Assembly (NCBI RefSeq): GCF_000341395.1
Contig: NC_020304.1
Coordinates: forward strand, 1,260,001-1,292,000
DNA: 32,000 nt
Source of the DNA: Desulfocapsa sulfexigens DSM 10523
GTDB taxonomy: Bacteria > Desulfobacterota > Desulfobulbia > Desulfobulbales > Desulfocapsaceae
Direction: 5' to 3'
Part shown: one piece after another, positions 15,396 through 23,332 of the stretch
Numbering within the stretch: position 1 is the first letter of the stretch
Layout: each line of letters starts with the position of its first letter
Position numbers and translations under genes: made by a program
Notes under the pieces: generated by a model
Seen by the model: the letters and a program-made list of their open reading frames with translations, nothing else
Database searches by the model: none
What the model was told of the DNA's origin: nothing

Positions 15396-16052
15396 ATGTT
15401 TAATGCTGAGAAATTATTAGGAAAGATTGTAAGGGAAACTCTTGGTGGAGGCAGCTCTCGGAGGAACAAAAGAGATGGTATCTTTGATTCTCTAGCCTCG
15501 GGACAGGGTCTGATGACCATGATTGGACTTGGCGTCGGGGCTTTTGAGATTCTAAAAGCAGAGAAAGAAAAAAAGAGTATTGGAGCAATGTCTATTATGG
15601 CTCCACCTGCGATTCCTTCGAGTTCCATGGGGACAGAAACAATGCTTCCCCCCTTGCCGCGTTCGTCACCACCTCCGGTTCCGACACCAAAAGGTGAACA
15701 GCGGGTGACGGGGGAAGAACTGGCTGTACGGCTCATTCAGGTGATGATTGCAGCTGCTCATGCCGATGGCACCCTTGATGAGTCCGAAGAGAAGGCTATT
15801 CTTGATCGTCTGCGCGGGGCTGAGTTGGAGAGTGAAGAGAAGATGTTTTTAGTAAGTGAGCTTCATCGACCCAGGTCTTTGGCTGAATTGACAGCAGGGA
15901 TTGATGATCCGTCCGTGATGAAAACCATGTATATGCTTGCAGTGGCAACCATTGAAATGGATAGTGATGCAGAACGAAACTGGCTTGATGCCCTGGGCGA
16001 TCAGTTGGGAATTTCTCCTGAGGTCAGAGCATTTATTGAAGAACAGAGTTGA
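15396..16052 (+). CDS. DUF533 / YebE-like protein with a TerB-like C-terminal domain
   Basis: The layout is a Gly/Ser-rich N-terminus, one hydrophobic segment, a Pro-rich linker, then 'LIQVMIAAAHADGTLDESEEKAILDRL...'. That is the TerB-like pattern of DUF533. It starts 4 nt after the rnhA stop. Confidence 0.75.
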   Translation: MFNAEKLLGKIVRETLGGGSSRRNKRDGIFDSLASGQGLMTMIGLGVGAFEILKAEKEKKSIGAMSIMAPPAIPSSSMGTETMLPPLPRSSPPPVPTPKGEQRVTGEELAVRLIQVMIAAAHADGTLDESEEKAILDRLRGAELESEEKMFLVSELHRPRSLAELTAGIDDPSVMKTMYMLAVATIEMDSDAERNWLDALGDQLGISPEVRAFIEEQS

Positions 16053-16090
16053 CCGCAAAAGAGAGAGAACCCTCTTTTGCGGTGTTTTTA
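16053..16090. terminator. Terminator hairpin between convergent genes
   Basis: CCGCAAAAGAG-(8 nt)-CTCTTTTGCGG forms an 11-bp stem, followed by TGTTTTTA on the plus strand. Confidence 0.7.
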
Positions 16091-16093
16091 TTC

Positions 16094-17089
16094 CTAACGC
16101 TCAAACAGTGTAGAGAGGCCGCCAAGGACGGAGCCTTCTCCCACACTTTGCCCGCCGGTTTGTGGTGCGGCCTGGTGGATCCGTCCTGCGAGGCGTGAGA
16201 AAGGCAGGGACTGCAACCAGACATGGCCGGGGCCCTGGAGGGTGGCAAAAAAGAAACTTTCACCGCCAAATATTGCCGATTTCACGTTGCCGACAAATTC
16301 AATATCATAATTCACCGTCTGGGTTAATGCTACCAGACAGCCGGTGTCTACCCGCAGGGTTTCTCCAGCTGCCAGTTCCTTTTCTATAATTGTGCCGCCG
16401 GCGTGAACAAAGCAAAAGCCGTCACCATCAAGTTGTTGCATGATAAAGCCTTCGCCTCCAAAGAGTGCGGTTCCGATTTTCTTCTGAAAAGCAATTCCTA
16501 TGGAGACACCTTTTGCTGCACAGAGAAAGGCATCTTTCTGGCAGATAATTCTCCCGTTATACTGCTTGAGATCAAGGGGAATGATCTTTCCCGGATATGG
16601 GGAAGCAAAGGCAACCTTAGCCTTGCCCTGGCCGGTATGAGTGAACATGGTGACAAACAGGCCTTCACCTGAGATCAGCCGTTTCCCGGCACCGAGCATC
16701 TTGTCAAAAAAGCCACCCGATTGCGATTCCTCGGAACCGTCACCGAAGACGGTGTCCATTGTGATGCCGTTGGACATATACATCATGGCACCAGCTTCTG
16801 AAACCACGCTTTCCCGGGGATCCAGCTCAATTTCCACAAACTGCATTTCGTGGCCAAAAATCTCGTAATCAATTTCGTGGGCCCGGGTTCCTGTAACAGG
16901 TGGTGGCGTAGTTGTCGCAGCCGGATTGTTGAGTTCGGCAATGGTTGTTGCCGCTTGCCAGTCCGCAAGACCTTCGCGCCAGACCATGCTCGAACGCGGA
17001 TATTGCCCGGAAGAGAGGGCTGAAGAAAGCTGACTGGTGGTCATGGGACCCGTGGATTTTCCATCTACAGCTACGTACCACTTGGACAT
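16094..17089 (-). CDS. GYF_2 (DUF4339) domain fused to an AIM24 / TIGR00266-family domain
   Basis: The N-terminus '[18 protein letters not shown]...[13 protein letters not shown]' fits a GYF_2 domain. The remainder ('[22 protein letters not shown]', 'GFIMQQL.GDG..FV.AGG', 'GPG.VWLQS') fits the AIM24 family. Confidence 0.8.
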   Translation of the reverse strand: MSKWYVAVDGKSTGPMTTSQLSSALSSGQYPRSSMVWREGLADWQAATTIAELNNPAATTTPPPVTGTRAHEIDYEIFGHEMQFVEIELDPRESVVSEAGAMMYMSNGITMDTVFGDGSEESQSGGFFDKMLGAGKRLISGEGLFVTMFTHTGQGKAKVAFASPYPGKIIPLDLKQYNGRIICQKDAFLCAAKGVSIGIAFQKKIGTALFGGEGFIMQQLDGDGFCFVHAGGTIIEKELAAGETLRVDTGCLVALTQTVNYDIEFVGNVKSAIFGGESFFFATLQGPGHVWLQSLPFSRLAGRIHQAAPQTGGQSVGEGSVLGGLSTLFER

Positions 17090-17215
17090 GGTGTACCTCT
17101 TGTCATCTGCAGGCCAATTTTTAGAAGGCCTTTATTTGAGGGGGGGTGAAAAATTACTAATAGTTTTGATATACCTGTTTTTGTGATTTCACAAAAGAAA
17201 AAGAACACGCATCGT

Positions 17216-17950
17216 TTACATATTGCCGAGTAAATGCTGGATAATTGACACGGCGGCAATATTCGCGGTCTCTGCCTTTAAGACCCTGGGGCCAAGGCTT
17301 AAAATCTGAAAATCTGCTTTTTTAGCAGCCTCAACCTCTGTAACAGGAAAACCGCCCTCCGGACCAAAGACAATTTGCAGGCCAGCCCTGTCCATTTGTA
17401 AGGAACAGGAATGCAGAGAATTTTTCTGCTGCTCTTCTTCCCAGAACAGGATTTTCTGTACAGAGTTATCATGCTGCACAAGCATTTCATTAAAAGAAAG
17501 CAGAGGGTTCAACTGCATCATGATGGGATTGTTGCACTGCTTGCATGCCTCTTCCACTATTCGCTGCCAACGTTCATATTTTTTAGAGACCTTATCGAGT
17601 TCTGCTTTTTTCAGCTGGCAGCGATCGCTATAAAATGGCGTGAATTCGAAGACTCCAAGTTCCGTGCATTTTTGTACCAGCAACTCCATTTTTTGTCCCT
17701 TGAGAATACTTTGGTGTACCCGAAGGGGTGTTTCATCCCGCTGAACGTGTGTCGATGATAGAATGCGTAATCGTGTTTGTTTGCCAAGGGAAACAATTTC
17801 AGCATCGTGAATATTACCCTTGCCATCGAGGAGTTGCAGCGGGGTACCAACTGATAATCGAAGTACCTTGCTGATATGGTGAGACTCCTGTTCTGAGAGG
17901 AATATCTCAGGAGTGATGGTGGTGTCGGGTTGTATAAAGAATCGACGCAT
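17216..17950 (-). CDS. rsmE: 16S rRNA (uracil1498-N3)-methyltransferase RsmE
   Basis: 'MRRFFI', 'HHISKVLRL', 'FGPEGGF' and 'LGPRVLKAETA' are present. Confidence 0.9.
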   Translation of the reverse strand: MRRFFIQPDTTITPEIFLSEQESHHISKVLRLSVGTPLQLLDGKGNIHDAEIVSLGKQTRLRILSSTHVQRDETPLRVHQSILKGQKMELLVQKCTELGVFEFTPFYSDRCQLKKAELDKVSKKYERWQRIVEEACKQCNNPIMMQLNPLLSFNEMLVQHDNSVQKILFWEEEQQKNSLHSCSLQMDRAGLQIVFGPEGGFPVTEVEAAKKADFQILSLGPRVLKAETANIAAVSIIQHLLGNM

Positions 17951-18154
17951 AAAAGAAATGACTTCTTATGGAGAATTTTAACGAAATTGTTTTGCCGGAA
18001 AGTCCACAGATGCGTATCCTTCCACAAAATAGATGGAATCGCAAAAGAAAAGAAACAGCTAGTGCAGGAAAAAGTTGCCTTCTCAAAATGGAGAAGATAA
18101 CATTATTACAAGATTTGTGGATTTGATTTGAGTCAGTGAACTCCAGGAGTAAAA

Positions 18155-18538
18155 ATGTCAGGCGATGAACGTAGGGTACATAAGCGATTTTCCATGCGGA
18201 TCCAGACAAAGGTTACAGCTGAGACCTTGTCTGGGAAAACACCGATGATGGAATACCTGACGGCTAATATCAGCGCAGGTGGTGCTTTTATCGAAACCAA
18301 TCACCCACTGCCGCTGGCGAGCAAAGTCCGCATAGATTTCCTCCTATCCCTCGAAGATCTGCAAATCCTGAAATTTATTCTTTCCCTTGAAACTTTGAAA
18401 AGCTGGAAAAGAGAGCGAGTATGGGTGCGTGCCTCCGGTATAGTGGCCAGATGCGAAGCAAACGGCATGGGCATTATGTTTGATGAAAATTATCAGATCA
18501 ACCCCATGGACAGGCCAGAAGGTCCAGAGAACGGCTGA
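18155..18538 (+). CDS. Stand-alone PilZ-domain protein (predicted c-di-GMP receptor)
   Basis: 'RRVHKR' fits RRxxxR and 'NISAGG' fits (D/N)xSxxG. The SD is AGGAG. Confidence 0.85.
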   Translation: MSGDERRVHKRFSMRIQTKVTAETLSGKTPMMEYLTANISAGGAFIETNHPLPLASKVRIDFLLSLEDLQILKFILSLETLKSWKRERVWVRASGIVARCEANGMGIMFDENYQINPMDRPEGPENG

Positions 18539-18604
18539 TATCGATGACCGGTGATGTCCTGAAAAACATCAAAGAAGCACTGGCTCAAAGGACTTGCCAG
18601 GGAA

Positions 18605-19516
18605 CTAATCGGTTTTTGTAAAATGGAGAGCAACCCACTCCTTCCGTTGTTTTTTTTCTGTAAACAAAAAACCACAACCGGTGAATACACGAATGATATT
18701 CTTTTCCTGCTCACCATGAAGGATTCCTGACAGAACAAGATTCCCCTCTCTAACCAGAAGGTTGCTGAAAGAATCAGTCATGGTGATCAGTGCATCATGG
18801 ATGATATTGGCAACAATAAGGTTAAACGACCCCTTTATTTGCTGCAGCGGTTCATGTGAGACATCCATTACAGAATCCAGGTTGTTCAGGCTGACGTTTT
18901 CAAGGGCAACACGCACTGCCTCCGGGTCATTGTCAATCCCGAGCACATGTGTGGCGCCGAAAAGGGCTGCTCCCATTCCAAGGATTCCGGTGCCAGTTCC
19001 CACATCAAGGATGCGTTGATCTTTGTCGTGGGCAAGTATTTGTCTGATAAAGTCGAGGGTCAGACTTGTTGTTGCGTGGTGTCCGGTCCCAAAGGCCATT
19101 CCCGGATCCATAATGATGACCCGCTCACCCTCCTGTGCCGTATACTCCTCCCAGGTGGGCGCTATTATCAATCCTTCGGTGATTGCAAAGGGTTTGAAGT
19201 GGACCTTCCAGTTATTTGACCAGTCCTGGTCTTCGATACGTTTCCAGGAAATAATCGGTTTTTCAACCTGAAAAATTGTTGCCAGTTCCGTGAGGTAACA
19301 TTCAAGTTGGTTCCGGAGTAACTGTTGTGTTTCGCTGGTGGGGTTTTTTTCTTTCAGGTAGGTGTTGAGGTGAAGAGCAGGACCCTTTACGTCGACGGAC
19401 TGTTCGACGCTGGCCCCCATCACACCAACCAGATAGTCCACAATGGCTTCCTCCAGGGTGGGATTTGTTATGATATGAGCACTTATCCAAAAGCTTGAAT
19501 TTTCGTTGTTTTTCAT
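18605..19516 (-). CDS. prmA: Ribosomal protein L11 methyltransferase PrmA
   Basis: 'DPGMAFGTGHHATT', 'ILDVGTGTGILG', 'GIDNDP' and 'IVANI' are present. The start is placed at MKNNENSSFWI by comparing the position of the conserved Trp with E. coli PrmA. The alternative upstream start is at 19561. Confidence 0.9.
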   Translation of the reverse strand: MKNNENSSFWISAHIITNPTLEEAIVDYLVGVMGASVEQSVDVKGPALHLNTYLKEKNPTSETQQLLRNQLECYLTELATIFQVEKPIISWKRIEDQDWSNNWKVHFKPFAITEGLIIAPTWEEYTAQEGERVIIMDPGMAFGTGHHATTSLTLDFIRQILAHDKDQRILDVGTGTGILGMGAALFGATHVLGIDNDPEAVRVALENVSLNNLDSVMDVSHEPLQQIKGSFNLIVANIIHDALITMTDSFSNLLVREGNLVLSGILHGEQEKNIIRVFTGCGFLFTEKKQRKEWVALHFTKTD

Positions 19517-19592
19517 GTTTTCCGAGTGTGTACGTGGGAGTGTTTGGATATCATCGATCAATTTTGTTTATATATGTTATAAGCAATATTTC

Positions 19593-19620
19593 TTGACAAG
19601 GTTTCACATCCTGTTATTTT
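19593..19620 (+). promoter_or_regulatory. Candidate sigma70-type promoter for the RACo gene
   Basis: TTGACA (19593-19598), 16 nt, then TATTTT (19615-19620), about 48 nt upstream of the ATG. This is sequence resemblance only. Confidence 0.3.
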
Positions 19621-19667
19621 TATGCTGACCTGAGAGCACTTGAATTTTGATCAGAGAGAGACATTCA

Positions 19668-21584
19668 ATGAAACATAACATACATTTTTTGCCCGATGAC
19701 GTCCATGTCACAGTTGAGGACGGTGAAAATCTTCTTAGTGCGGCTGCAGCGGCAGGGGTCTATATACATGCCTATTGTGGTGGTGATGGCGTTTGCGGAA
19801 AGTGTAAAGTTACATTGGAAAATGGTGATGTGGAATCTGATAGTGCTGCTTCCCTCAAAAAGGGGGAGTATGACAAGGGGGTACGTCTGGCTTGCAAGGC
19901 CAGGGTTGTGTCCGATATAACCGTCCGTATTCCTGAGATGGTGAAAGCGGATGGTAAGGCCTTAAAGTGTGCTCCTAAAACCACTCGGGCGATTTCTGCA
20001 CGATCCCTGGATTCGCTTATAGGATCATGGAGTGTGGATCCACCGGTTGGAAAGAAATTTCTAAAAATACCCCCTCCAACTCTCGAGGATAATATTTCAG
20101 ACATGCAGCGTTTGATGCGTGCCCTGAAAAATGCAAACCCGGATAGCCTTGAACCCAGTTATGATCATCCGGAACTTATTCATGAATTGCCACTGGTGCT
20201 CCGTGAGGCCAACTGGGATGTCACCGTTATACTTCTGCATGGCAAGGGACAAAAAGAGCCAGACAGGATTATTGCCGTTGAACCGGGTGATACAACAGAC
20301 CGTCTGTACGGTCTGGCCGTGGATATCGGTACCACTACCTGTGGGGGCGTTTTGATTGATCTCAACAGTGGTGAAATTGTTGCCGAAGGATCAGGTTACA
20401 ATGCGCAGATTGGTTACGGTGAGGATGTCATTTCCCGTATGATCTATTCTCAACGTCCTGGCGGACTTAAGGGGTTGCAGGGTAAAGTCATTCACACCAT
20501 CAATAATATTATTGAAGAGGTGTGTAAAAAGCATATCATCAGCCCCAGTGATATCAGCTATATCATGACGGCTGGAAATACAGTTATGGCCCATTTAATG
20601 CTGGCCATTAATCCAAAATTTTTGCGGGAAGCACCCTACGTCCCAAGCGTCAGTCAGTTTCCATTGACCAAGGCGGCAGGTCTGGGAATCATGGCCCATC
20701 CTTCTGTCAGAATGTTTCTCTATCCCTGTATTTCTTCCTATGTCGGTGGTGATATTGTGGCTGGGGTTCATGCCTGTCAGATGCAGAAAAGTGACGAAAT
20801 ATCACTGTTTATCGATATCGGTACTAACGGTGAAATTGTGGTTGGAAATAAGGACTGGATGGTTTGTGCGGCCTGTTCTGCAGGTCCTGCCTTTGAGGGT
20901 GGTGGCATAAAATTTGGGATGCGGGCCAGTCAGGGGGCCATTGAGAATTTTCAGATCCATCCCGAAACCTATGACCCGATGATTGTAACCATTGGTCAGA
21001 CAAAACCTCGTGGTATCTGTGGCTCCGGTTTGATTTCCATTGTAGCGGAGCTGTTGGATGCGGGAGTTCTTGATCCGCAGGGTAAGTTTAATCGCTCTCT
21101 GAACCATCCTCGAATTCGTGAAGGTGAGGATCGATGGGAATATGTTCTGGCCTGGGACAGAGATTCCATGATAGGTGAGGATATCGTTATTACTGAGGTC
21201 GATCTTGATAACCTGATCCGGGCTAAAGGTGCCATGTATGCGGGTTATCAGACATTACTTGAATCTGTCGGCCTTACCTTCAGTGATCTTGACCGGGTAA
21301 TCCTTGCCGGCAACTTTGGCTCCTACATTGATCTGGAACGGGCAATCAGCATAGGTCTGCTTCCCGATATTGACAGGGATCGCTTTTTCTATATCGGGAA
21401 CGCATCCATGCTTGGGTGCCAGATAAGCCTGACCGACCATAAGCGTTTTCGTGAAAGAGTCGCTGTGCGAACGCTTATGACAAATATGGAGCTCTCTGAA
21501 AATCCTGATTTTATGAATCATTATATGGCTGCTCTCTTTCTTCCCCATACGGACATGAGCCTGTTCCCCTCTGCCAAAAAATAA
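19668..21584 (+). CDS. Corrinoid reductive activase (RACo-type): 2Fe-2S ferredoxin domain plus ASKHA ATPase (DUF4445)
   Basis: The N-terminal plant-type ferredoxin motif 'CGGDGVCGKCKV...ACK' is present. 'GLAVDIGTTT', 'DIGTNGE' and 'CSAGPAFEGGGI' are ASKHA/DUF4445 motifs. I placed the start at MKHNIHF; the tracked start at 19647 is a TTG codon. Confidence 0.85.
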   Translation: MKHNIHFLPDDVHVTVEDGENLLSAAAAAGVYIHAYCGGDGVCGKCKVTLENGDVESDSAASLKKGEYDKGVRLACKARVVSDITVRIPEMVKADGKALKCAPKTTRAISARSLDSLIGSWSVDPPVGKKFLKIPPPTLEDNISDMQRLMRALKNANPDSLEPSYDHPELIHELPLVLREANWDVTVILLHGKGQKEPDRIIAVEPGDTTDRLYGLAVDIGTTTCGGVLIDLNSGEIVAEGSGYNAQIGYGEDVISRMIYSQRPGGLKGLQGKVIHTINNIIEEVCKKHIISPSDISYIMTAGNTVMAHLMLAINPKFLREAPYVPSVSQFPLTKAAGLGIMAHPSVRMFLYPCISSYVGGDIVAGVHACQMQKSDEISLFIDIGTNGEIVVGNKDWMVCAACSAGPAFEGGGIKFGMRASQGAIENFQIHPETYDPMIVTIGQTKPRGICGSGLISIVAELLDAGVLDPQGKFNRSLNHPRIREGEDRWEYVLAWDRDSMIGEDIVITEVDLDNLIRAKGAMYAGYQTLLESVGLTFSDLDRVILAGNFGSYIDLERAISIGLLPDIDRDRFFYIGNASMLGCQISLTDHKRFRERVAVRTLMTNMELSENPDFMNHYMAALFLPHTDMSLFPSAKK

Positions 21585-21741
21585 GGAGCAGGAACTCCCG
21601 CATTGAGAACTGCGTCTTGCAGGGGAACGCGTGGCGCTCAGAATTGACAAAAAACTAAAAAACGTTTAAATTGACGTTTTTATGTGTATTGATAAAAAAT
21701 AATTGAAAAATACAATAATTTAGAGACTTAAGGAGAGTACA

Positions 21742-22638
21742 ATGGGTCAGACAGTTAAAGCAATTGCAGAAAGTATCAATATCATGGGTAAGCGCAGTGG
21801 TGGCGCCATGAAAGATCGTGTTCAGGGCCCAGTTCAGGAGATGGCAAAAGAGGAGACTGCTGCAGGAGCTTCCTATCTTGATCTGAATATCGGACCTGCT
21901 CGTAAAGATGGTACCGAACTTCTTCCATGGGTTGTTAGCACTGTTGAAGCGGTTACTGATGTTCCCCTCTGTCTCGATACCACTAATATGGATGCGATGG
22001 CGGCCGGTTTTAAGGCTGTAAAAAACAAGGAACAGGCTCTGATGAACTCCATTTCTGCTCAGCCCGAGCGTATGGAACAGATGATTCCCGTTGCTGCTGA
22101 GATGAAATGTGACGTTATTGCTCTACTCTGGGGTGCTGATGGCATGCCTCGTGATTCTGCTGAGCGTGCGGCCATGTCCGTTGATTTGATGATGGCATTG
22201 AACGAAGGTGGTATCCCTAACGAGAAGATCCTTTTCGATCCAATCGGAACTCCTATTACTCTTGGTGCTGATCAGATTGCCTCTGGACTCGAGTTTATGG
22301 AAATGCTGGCGGACATTGCTCCCGGTGCTGGATCCACCGTTGGGCTTTCCAATGTTTCCAATGGTGTTGCTGAGCATCTTCGTAAGTACCTGGATCGTAC
22401 CTACCTGATCATGCTGATGAAGTATGGAATTTCCACGGCTATTGTTAACTCCTATGATGCAGAGTTGATGGCAATTTGCAAAGGTGAGCGCCAGGAGCAT
22501 GTGGATATGATCCATGCAATGATGGACGGTGACGATCCGGGTGTTTCACGGCTTTCAGGGGTAGCTCTTGAACATTACAAGACCTACAAAGCACTTTCCG
22601 GACAGACTGTATTCTCTGAATCCTGGCTTGAACTCTAG
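21742..22638 (+). CDS. Pterin-binding (DHPS-like) methyltetrahydrofolate:corrinoid methyltransferase, AcsE/MeTr-like
   Basis: 'GASYLDLNIGPA', 'PLCLDTTN', 'ALMNSIS', 'LFDPIGTPI' and 'GLSNVSNG' match the MeTr/MtrH pterin-binding pattern. The SD AAGGAGAG is strong. Confidence 0.8.
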   Translation: MGQTVKAIAESINIMGKRSGGAMKDRVQGPVQEMAKEETAAGASYLDLNIGPARKDGTELLPWVVSTVEAVTDVPLCLDTTNMDAMAAGFKAVKNKEQALMNSISAQPERMEQMIPVAAEMKCDVIALLWGADGMPRDSAERAAMSVDLMMALNEGGIPNEKILFDPIGTPITLGADQIASGLEFMEMLADIAPGAGSTVGLSNVSNGVAEHLRKYLDRTYLIMLMKYGISTAIVNSYDAELMAICKGERQEHVDMIHAMMDGDDPGVSRLSGVALEHYKTYKALSGQTVFSESWLEL

Positions 22639-22663
22639 AAGCTGGTAGGGAGTAGCTTTGATG

Positions 22664-22700
22664 ATGCCCTTCCTTATATCAAGGAGGGGCATTCGTGTTT
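22664..22700 (+). terminator. Possible terminator after the MeTr-like gene
   Basis: ATGCCCTTCC-(9 nt)-GGAGGGGCAT forms a 10-bp stem (one G.U), followed by TCGTGTTT, a weak U-tract. Confidence 0.45.
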
Positions 22701-22707
22701 AGGAGGA

Positions 22708-23268
22708 ATGGATGTGAATGATGTTCCAACTCACCACATGGTTTATGGTACACTGAGGGATTTTATCACTGGGGAAGAACTTGTAGATACCGATGATGAA
22801 CGTATTCGTCAGGACTTATCGAGAATGATGGTTGAAAAACTGGGATATAATAAGGAAGAGTTGGAACCCCGCTGTTTTATTGAAACCCTTTTCAACCGTC
22901 AGTTTGTACGTTCAAATATTGAGCTTGCGGTTACCCTGAAAGGTTTTGGCAAAAAATTCCTTGTAATACGTTATGGGGCTGGATCATTGGTTAGCCGGGA
23001 ACGTTCAGCGATTGCTGCGGCGAGGGTGCTTGAAAAAAGCTACCAGATTCCCCTTGCTGTGGTGACGAATGGGCGTGATGCCGAGTTACTCGATACTGCC
23101 ACCAAAGAGGTTCTGGCTACTGGCATGGAGGCAATTCCCACAAGAAATCGTGCCGAAAAGATGCTCGCTGAACTAGAATTTCGAGCTCCTGCTGAAGGCA
23201 AGAAGAGAGAAGGGGAGATGCGGATTTTAAACGCATTTGATGTGGAAGTCTGCTGCCGCAGTATATAA
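22708..23268 (+). CDS. Small protein resembling the type I restriction enzyme HsdR N-terminal (PD-(D/E)xK-like) domain family
   Basis: 'DFITGEELVDTDDERIRQDL...LGY..EELE......IELAVTL.G...LVIRY....SRERSAIAAARVL....PLAVVTNG' resembles HsdR_N_2-type stand-alone proteins from memory. The catalytic residues are not obvious. The exact start is ambiguous (ATG 22708 or in-frame GTG 22714 after AGGAGG). Confidence 0.5.
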   Translation: MDVNDVPTHHMVYGTLRDFITGEELVDTDDERIRQDLSRMMVEKLGYNKEELEPRCFIETLFNRQFVRSNIELAVTLKGFGKKFLVIRYGAGSLVSRERSAIAAARVLEKSYQIPLAVVTNGRDAELLDTATKEVLATGMEAIPTRNRAEKMLAELEFRAPAEGKKREGEMRILNAFDVEVCCRSI

Positions 23269-23332
23269 GAGCTATACCTTGCGGGGAGGGGTGTTTCCGC
23301 AGGAAAATTATTTAACAACTGAGAGAAAGAGC

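Noticed and set aside
15332-15736. 134-aa antisense ORF opposite the DUF533 gene
   Set aside because: It is a shadow ORF. The Gly/Pro/Ser-rich product simply mirrors the low-complexity linker on the coding strand.
17140-17146. G7/C7 homopolymer as a phase-variation switch upstream of the AIM24-family gene
   Set aside because: Seven nucleotides is short for slipped-strand switching. The tract is in the leader, not in coding sequence or promoter spacer, and there is no supporting evidence.
17173-17192. TGTGA-TT-TCACA palindrome as a CRP-type site
   Set aside because: The half-sites match CRP, but the spacer is 2 nt rather than 6 nt, which is incompatible with CRP/FNR dimer geometry.
22123-22515. 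130-aa antisense ORF inside the MeTr-like gene
   Set aside because: It is a shadow ORF opposite a gene with strong SD and family motifs.
23237-23332. Upstream extension of the DAHP synthase ORF
   Set aside because: It overlaps the 3' end of the preceding gene by 32 nt. The added residues do not resemble class II DAHP synthase N-termini, and the ATG at 23333 fits.
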